Both the position numbers and the translations under genes were made by a program. From Camelus dromedarius (lineage: Eukaryota), in NCBI RefSeq assembly GCF_036321535.1, contig NC_087447.1:34536001-34600000 (forward strand): a DNA stretch of 64,000 bases, given 5' to 3'. Below the pieces are notes generated by a model. It was not told the origin of the DNA. It made no database searches and saw only the letters and a list, made by a program, of their open reading frames with translations. This document shows positions 59,551 through 64,000 of the stretch, piece after piece (position 1 is the first letter of the stretch; the number at the start of each line of letters is the position of its first letter).

Positions 59551-60029
59551 TAAAAACACTTAAGTGGAAACTGCATATGAAAGCAGAATGCTTCTAATAT
59601 TCTGCCATCAATTAGGTAACTTCAAATATATGGGCATTTGGCTGAAGCTCTGAGCAAAAAGGTAAATTACTTTTTTTAAGTCTGCATTTGGAATTAATTT
59701 TTTAAACCAATTTGTATGTTATTCTCAATATTCTACATCCTTCTTGGCTCTACCTGCAGGCCTGAGTAATGAGGAATAATGTCCAGAATGAATCAAAGAT
59801 TAAATCATGCTCACCGCATGTAAGAAAAACGGATTCTGACATTTTCGAGGGATTTTTAACAAGGGTTGGAACAAAAGAGAATTTTTAATTAACCCTCAGT
59901 TACCTAGGAAATTACATCCATCACAGCATTCATTCAAAAAAATGTATTTCATGATCATGTACCATGTGAATGATTAAGGGCCAAATATGTGAATTAGCAC
60001 ATGTAGGGGGCAGGATGTAAATACTGAAC

Positions 60030-60250
60030 CTCATTGGGCCCATTGCATAGATTAGCCCACCCAAACCCCACAGCCTCTCTGTGGCATCAATATTATCACT
60101 GTCACTTTTTATCTCACTATCACTGTCACGAGCTGGGAAAACAGACTCGGAAAAAGGCGCATGATTTTCCTGGGATCACACAGTTGATAATGGCTAGAGA
60201 CAGAATTTGTGTTCAGGTTTGTCTGAATCCAGACCTGTGCTTCCCCTAGC
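60030..60250 (-). mobile_element. MIR SINE
   Basis: GGGAAAACAGACTC...GGATCACACAGTTGATAATGGC...GAATTTG. Confidence 0.7.
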
Positions 60251-60339
60251 CCCCTGACTGCTGCACATCATGGCTGAGATGACTGCAGGGAGAGTGGTAA
60301 TAATTATCAACAATACTAACACAGCCCGGAGGGTACCAG

Positions 60340-60530
60340 CAAGCAAAGGAGGCTCCAACCCTGACCCACCATATACTGTGTCTCAGACACACTGCTTAAC
60401 CTTTGGAAGCTTCAGTTTCTTTGTCTGTAGACTGGGGTAATAATAATACCTACCTCATAGGGTTATTGTAAGCATCAGTGAGATAATCCGCAGAAAGGGA
60501 CATGCTGCACATTAAAGCTCAACAATGCTG
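60340..60530 (+). mobile_element. MIR SINE
   Basis: CTTAACCTT...CTTCAGTTTC...GGGGTAATAATAATACCTACCTCATAGGGTTATTGTAAG. Confidence 0.9.
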
Positions 60531-62318
60531 CAGAGAAGGACTCTTTTAGCCTCGAGGATCAAACGCCTATGAGACAAGTGATGGGGCAGTGGTGAGTCAG
60601 AAGTCAAGTGAAGCAGGAGTCCAAAGTAGCTCCCTTTATATAACTGCAAGGCTGCTGAGCACCTAGCACCGATGGCTTTTCATTCTCTTAAGAATTCATT
60701 TCAGAAGCATTAAATCACTGATGCTTACACTGGCAATGACAGAAAATGATATTATGTGGGAAAACACACATATTGATGACTCAAAAAGTGATTCAGAAAT
60801 TGCAAGCTCTAATTAGAGATGTTTTAGGAATACCTCACTTGATTTATTTTGCTCGTGTCTTTTTATGCATGCACGAGTGATATGATAGAAAGCCATGTCT
60901 AATTAAGTCTAAGAGAACTCTTTTGATAAGTAAAAAAAAATTCTAAGTGATGAGAATGCATTGTGTCATAGTTTAATTGGCAGTCATTTTTTTCCTGAGT
61001 GGTACATAAAATCCCAGTGAGTTTTATAACCAATGGCATTTGAGAGTTGATGAAATACAATAATTCACAAACAGACATTTGGTATATGACCCACTTGTGA
61101 GTTTTAACTGCCTAAAGAAGGAATCCACCCTGAAATATAAAGAACTGTTCTCCTTTGTGTCCCCAGGATTTTCCAGAGTTAATTTTGCTGGAAAATGAGA
61201 ATGCAAAGGGGAGAGAGGGAAGGTGATGGAAAAGAGAGATGTGAGGCAGAGTACAGGGTAGTGCTAAAGCAAATTTGTGTAATTAACATTTGTACCCAGA
61301 GCCAACCCTGATAAGAAGAAAAATTTAGAAGGAGGATCCAAGACACTGTGAAATCCTTAGTCATCAAGTACAGATTCTACTACATTTACACATGTTTGGA
61401 AAAGAAAGTAGATTTTGAGTTACTGACAAGTTTGCAAGGATTGGAAACATAAGATTTTTCTGATTAGTTAGCCTCAAGTAACCAGAGCTTATGAGCACTG
61501 GACATTACAGTTAAATGAGAGTTGGCAATGGTAGTAGCTTCATCTCATGAGTGGTCACCGTCTTCTTTGTAACAGATCACATGATCTAGAGGACCCTTGT
61601 TGCCCTCCTCACCGAACCACCAACAGATTGGTACCATCAAGATTTAGGAGAATTGGGGACCAATATAACGAGTCAAGCTTTGAGAAACATGAAGAACCTT
61701 TTTAACTTTTCTGAAAAGAACTTTGGCAAAAGTTCCCCACAGCCTTTTGCTTCTTCCCTGTGCTTCTTTTGACTATAAAAGGATGAGAGATTCAAATGGT
61801 GATTGATATTTCCATATCAGGGAACATCTTTCTGATATTTGAAGTCTCACTGATAATAAAACCAAGGAGTTGGCCCCCATCTCTCGGTCTACAAGGATTT
61901 GATTGCACAAGGTAGGAAAATACTTCAAGACCTGTTAAAACAGTACTGGCCTTCTAAACGAGCTAACGAAGATAGATGCTCCAAACATGGGGGGTAAACT
62001 GCTGTGGACGCATCCACAGGAACTTCACGCAGAGTCCAGGGAGGCAGCTGGGAACTCAGTTTGGGACTCGTGCTTCTGATGGGAACTCAGCTTCCTTCTT
62101 CCCGAGGCAGCACTGCCAAACTCCTCACTTCCCTTCTTTCTCTCCAAGTTTTTAATTCTTTCTTTTTCTAATTACTAATAATGAGACATTGGCCATTCTG
62201 ACATATTAATTCTTCTCTGAAAAAATGCTTCATTTCTCTACCACCAAGCTGCATAGAAATGACCCCCCCCCCCCAATGCCATTTCCTCCCTTCAAAAACC
62301 AAGATGCCTTACTGTCTC

Positions 62319-62419
62319 TTTTTTTTTTAATTTACTTTTAATGTAAGTACTGGGGATTGAACTCAGAACCTCATACGTGTTAAGCATGCGCTCTACCACT
62401 GAGCTATTACCCTTCCCCC
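62319..62419 (-). mobile_element. tRNA-Ala-derived Vic-1-like SINE
   Basis: minus strand GGGGGAAGGGTAATAGCTCAGTGGTAGAGCGCATGCTTAACACGTATGAGGTTCTGAGTTCAATCCCCAGTAC plus A-rich tail; intact A and B boxes. Confidence 0.9.
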
Positions 62420-62569
62420 TCCTTATTCTGTTTAATATCCGTATCACAAAAAGCCACTGATCACATACTGTGCATAAAATCAGATAGATGCCTGGTTCTG
62501 TCACTGATAAATGTGTAGTAACCATCTCTTGAGATCCATTAAAAGTTGTATCTTCTGTTTCTCATGAGA

Positions 62570-63030
62570 GAGATTGCTGTTGACAAATACCCACTTAATC
62601 CTCTCTTATTTGGCATATTTTTTAGTTCCCTGTCCTCCAAGGGAGCCCATATGATTAGTTTAGTTTGCCCAGTGGAATGTGGGCAATGTGACCAACACCA
62701 CTTCCAGGCGTGGCATCTAAACCTCCTGCATGACACTTCATGCTTCCTCTTCTTTTGCCTGTTGGTCAGATGCTAAACATCTAGTGGACTGCTATCAGGA
62801 GAGCAGCCCACAAGGTCAACAGTAGTTGGGGCACGGATGCCCTGGGTGATGTATGTGGTGGGAGAGCCCTGAGATGACAGAAGCCTGGGTCCTTGAACAT
62901 TTAAGTGGAGCAGAGCCCCCTGTTGATCCATTTGAAACCATGGCCTGAGTGAGAACCATTGTATTAAGTCCTTGAAGTTTTAAGCTTTACCTGTTACACA
63001 GCAGCTACCATCACTTACTTTAACATATTA
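62570..63030 (+). mobile_element. ERVL-MaLR solo LTR (MLT1I/J-like)
   Basis: TTGCCCAGTGGAATGTGGGCAA...CACTTCCAGGC...GAAGCCTGGGTCCTTGAA...GTGGAGCAGAGCC...GTTACACAGCA. Confidence 0.75.
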
Positions 63031-64000
63031 ACATATTTTTGAGAAGTCTTTTCTAATACAGATTTTATTTGTGCCGGGAATAGCTTAAATATTTCAATTG
63101 GATTCGAGATTTTTTGAAAAGCAATGGTCTGCCTTGGAATTGGGGGAAATGCAGCTTATCAACAGTGCTCACAACAGCAAGGAACTAATATACAGGCCCC
63201 AGTGAGATTCAGGGGCCTAGTCGACAGTCCTGGCAGAGCTAACGCCCTTCAACAAGCAAGCATGTTGCCAGCTCACAGAATGCTTGGTCCACGCGACCGC
63301 CTTTCAGTTGAGCAGATGGGAGTTTTGATATAAATTGTGCTGGCATTTGCTGCTCTGGAAATAGATTTGTTTTTGCCTGCTTCCAAAATTAGATTTAAAA
63401 AGCAATAGTCAACAAGTTCCAGGCCCTCCCTTTAGGCAGGTCAGCAGGACCAGACCTCTGTTTCCTATTAAAAGCGCAGGAATAAAGAATCCAAGCGTCA
63501 CAGGTGTTGGGAGGCTCTCAGGCATTGCTTTGTTGCTGCCCTATCGGATGCAGAAATCCCCTCTGAAGCATTCCAGGTGGAGCAGCCAACCTGTAGTTTG
63601 TCTGCCCTCTTCAATGGGGAGCTCACCACTTGCTGAAGTTACACAGTCCAGTGTTGAAGAGCACTGCAGTTAGAAAGCTGAAATGGTGTCCATGAAAATT
63701 CCAGTCTTCAGCCCTGTGTCTGCCCTTTAGAGGGGCACCCCCTGCCATCAGTTTCATCTCTACATAAGGATCCTTCAGGCATTTGAAGACTGAACCAAAG
63801 GCTGAACTTTTTTTTTTTTTAATCTCTATCCCAAAGTCCTCTCTCCACCCAACAGCATGATTTCTGGAACTCTTTCTCAGAACATACACCAGCTCACCAG
63901 TGTCCTGAGAAAGCTGAAGTGCCAAGAGTCTGACAAACATGGAGAGCAATGGGGTTAACATTCAGTGTGTTCAGGACATTAACAGTTCTGGGTGAGTCGG

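Noticed and set aside
62345..62419. Functional tRNA gene
   Set aside because: Broken acceptor stem, extra 5' purines and an A-rich tail indicate a SINE

Overview
Mammalian non-coding DNA (intergenic or deep intronic), most likely from a camelid: it carries two tRNA-Ala-derived Vic-1-like SINEs and young artiodactyl/camelid-type L1 3' ends, and I saw no Alu, B1, Bov-tA, PRE-1 or SINEC copies. I find no credible host protein-coding exon, rRNA, true tRNA, CRISPR array or prokaryote-type system; the only recognisable protein similarity is an L1 ORF2 C-terminal remnant at about 11.35-11.57 kb. The window is unusually rich in MIR SINEs (about 45-50 fragments by eye). It also contains L2 and CR1 remnants, several ERVL-MaLR (MLT1) and ERVL solo LTRs, hAT MER elements, microsatellites, and a ~370 bp (TTCCA/CTCCA)n pentamer array that has grown inside a hAT element. 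Between the repeats are repeat-free blocks rich in homeodomain, Sox, octamer and GATA motifs that look like conserved enhancers of a developmental gene desert, plus one strong CTCF motif and a small CpG-rich patch with exon-like splice signals. Notable micro-structures are a solo poly(A) retro-insertion with a 15 bp TSD, perfect 126 bp and 37 bp tandem duplications, and two identical 84 bp AGACTC(TG)38TA tracts 39.8 kb apart; some of these may be assembly artefacts. Repeat family names come from recalled consensus sequences and boundaries are approximate unless a TSD is given. I found no evidence for a novel biological system.
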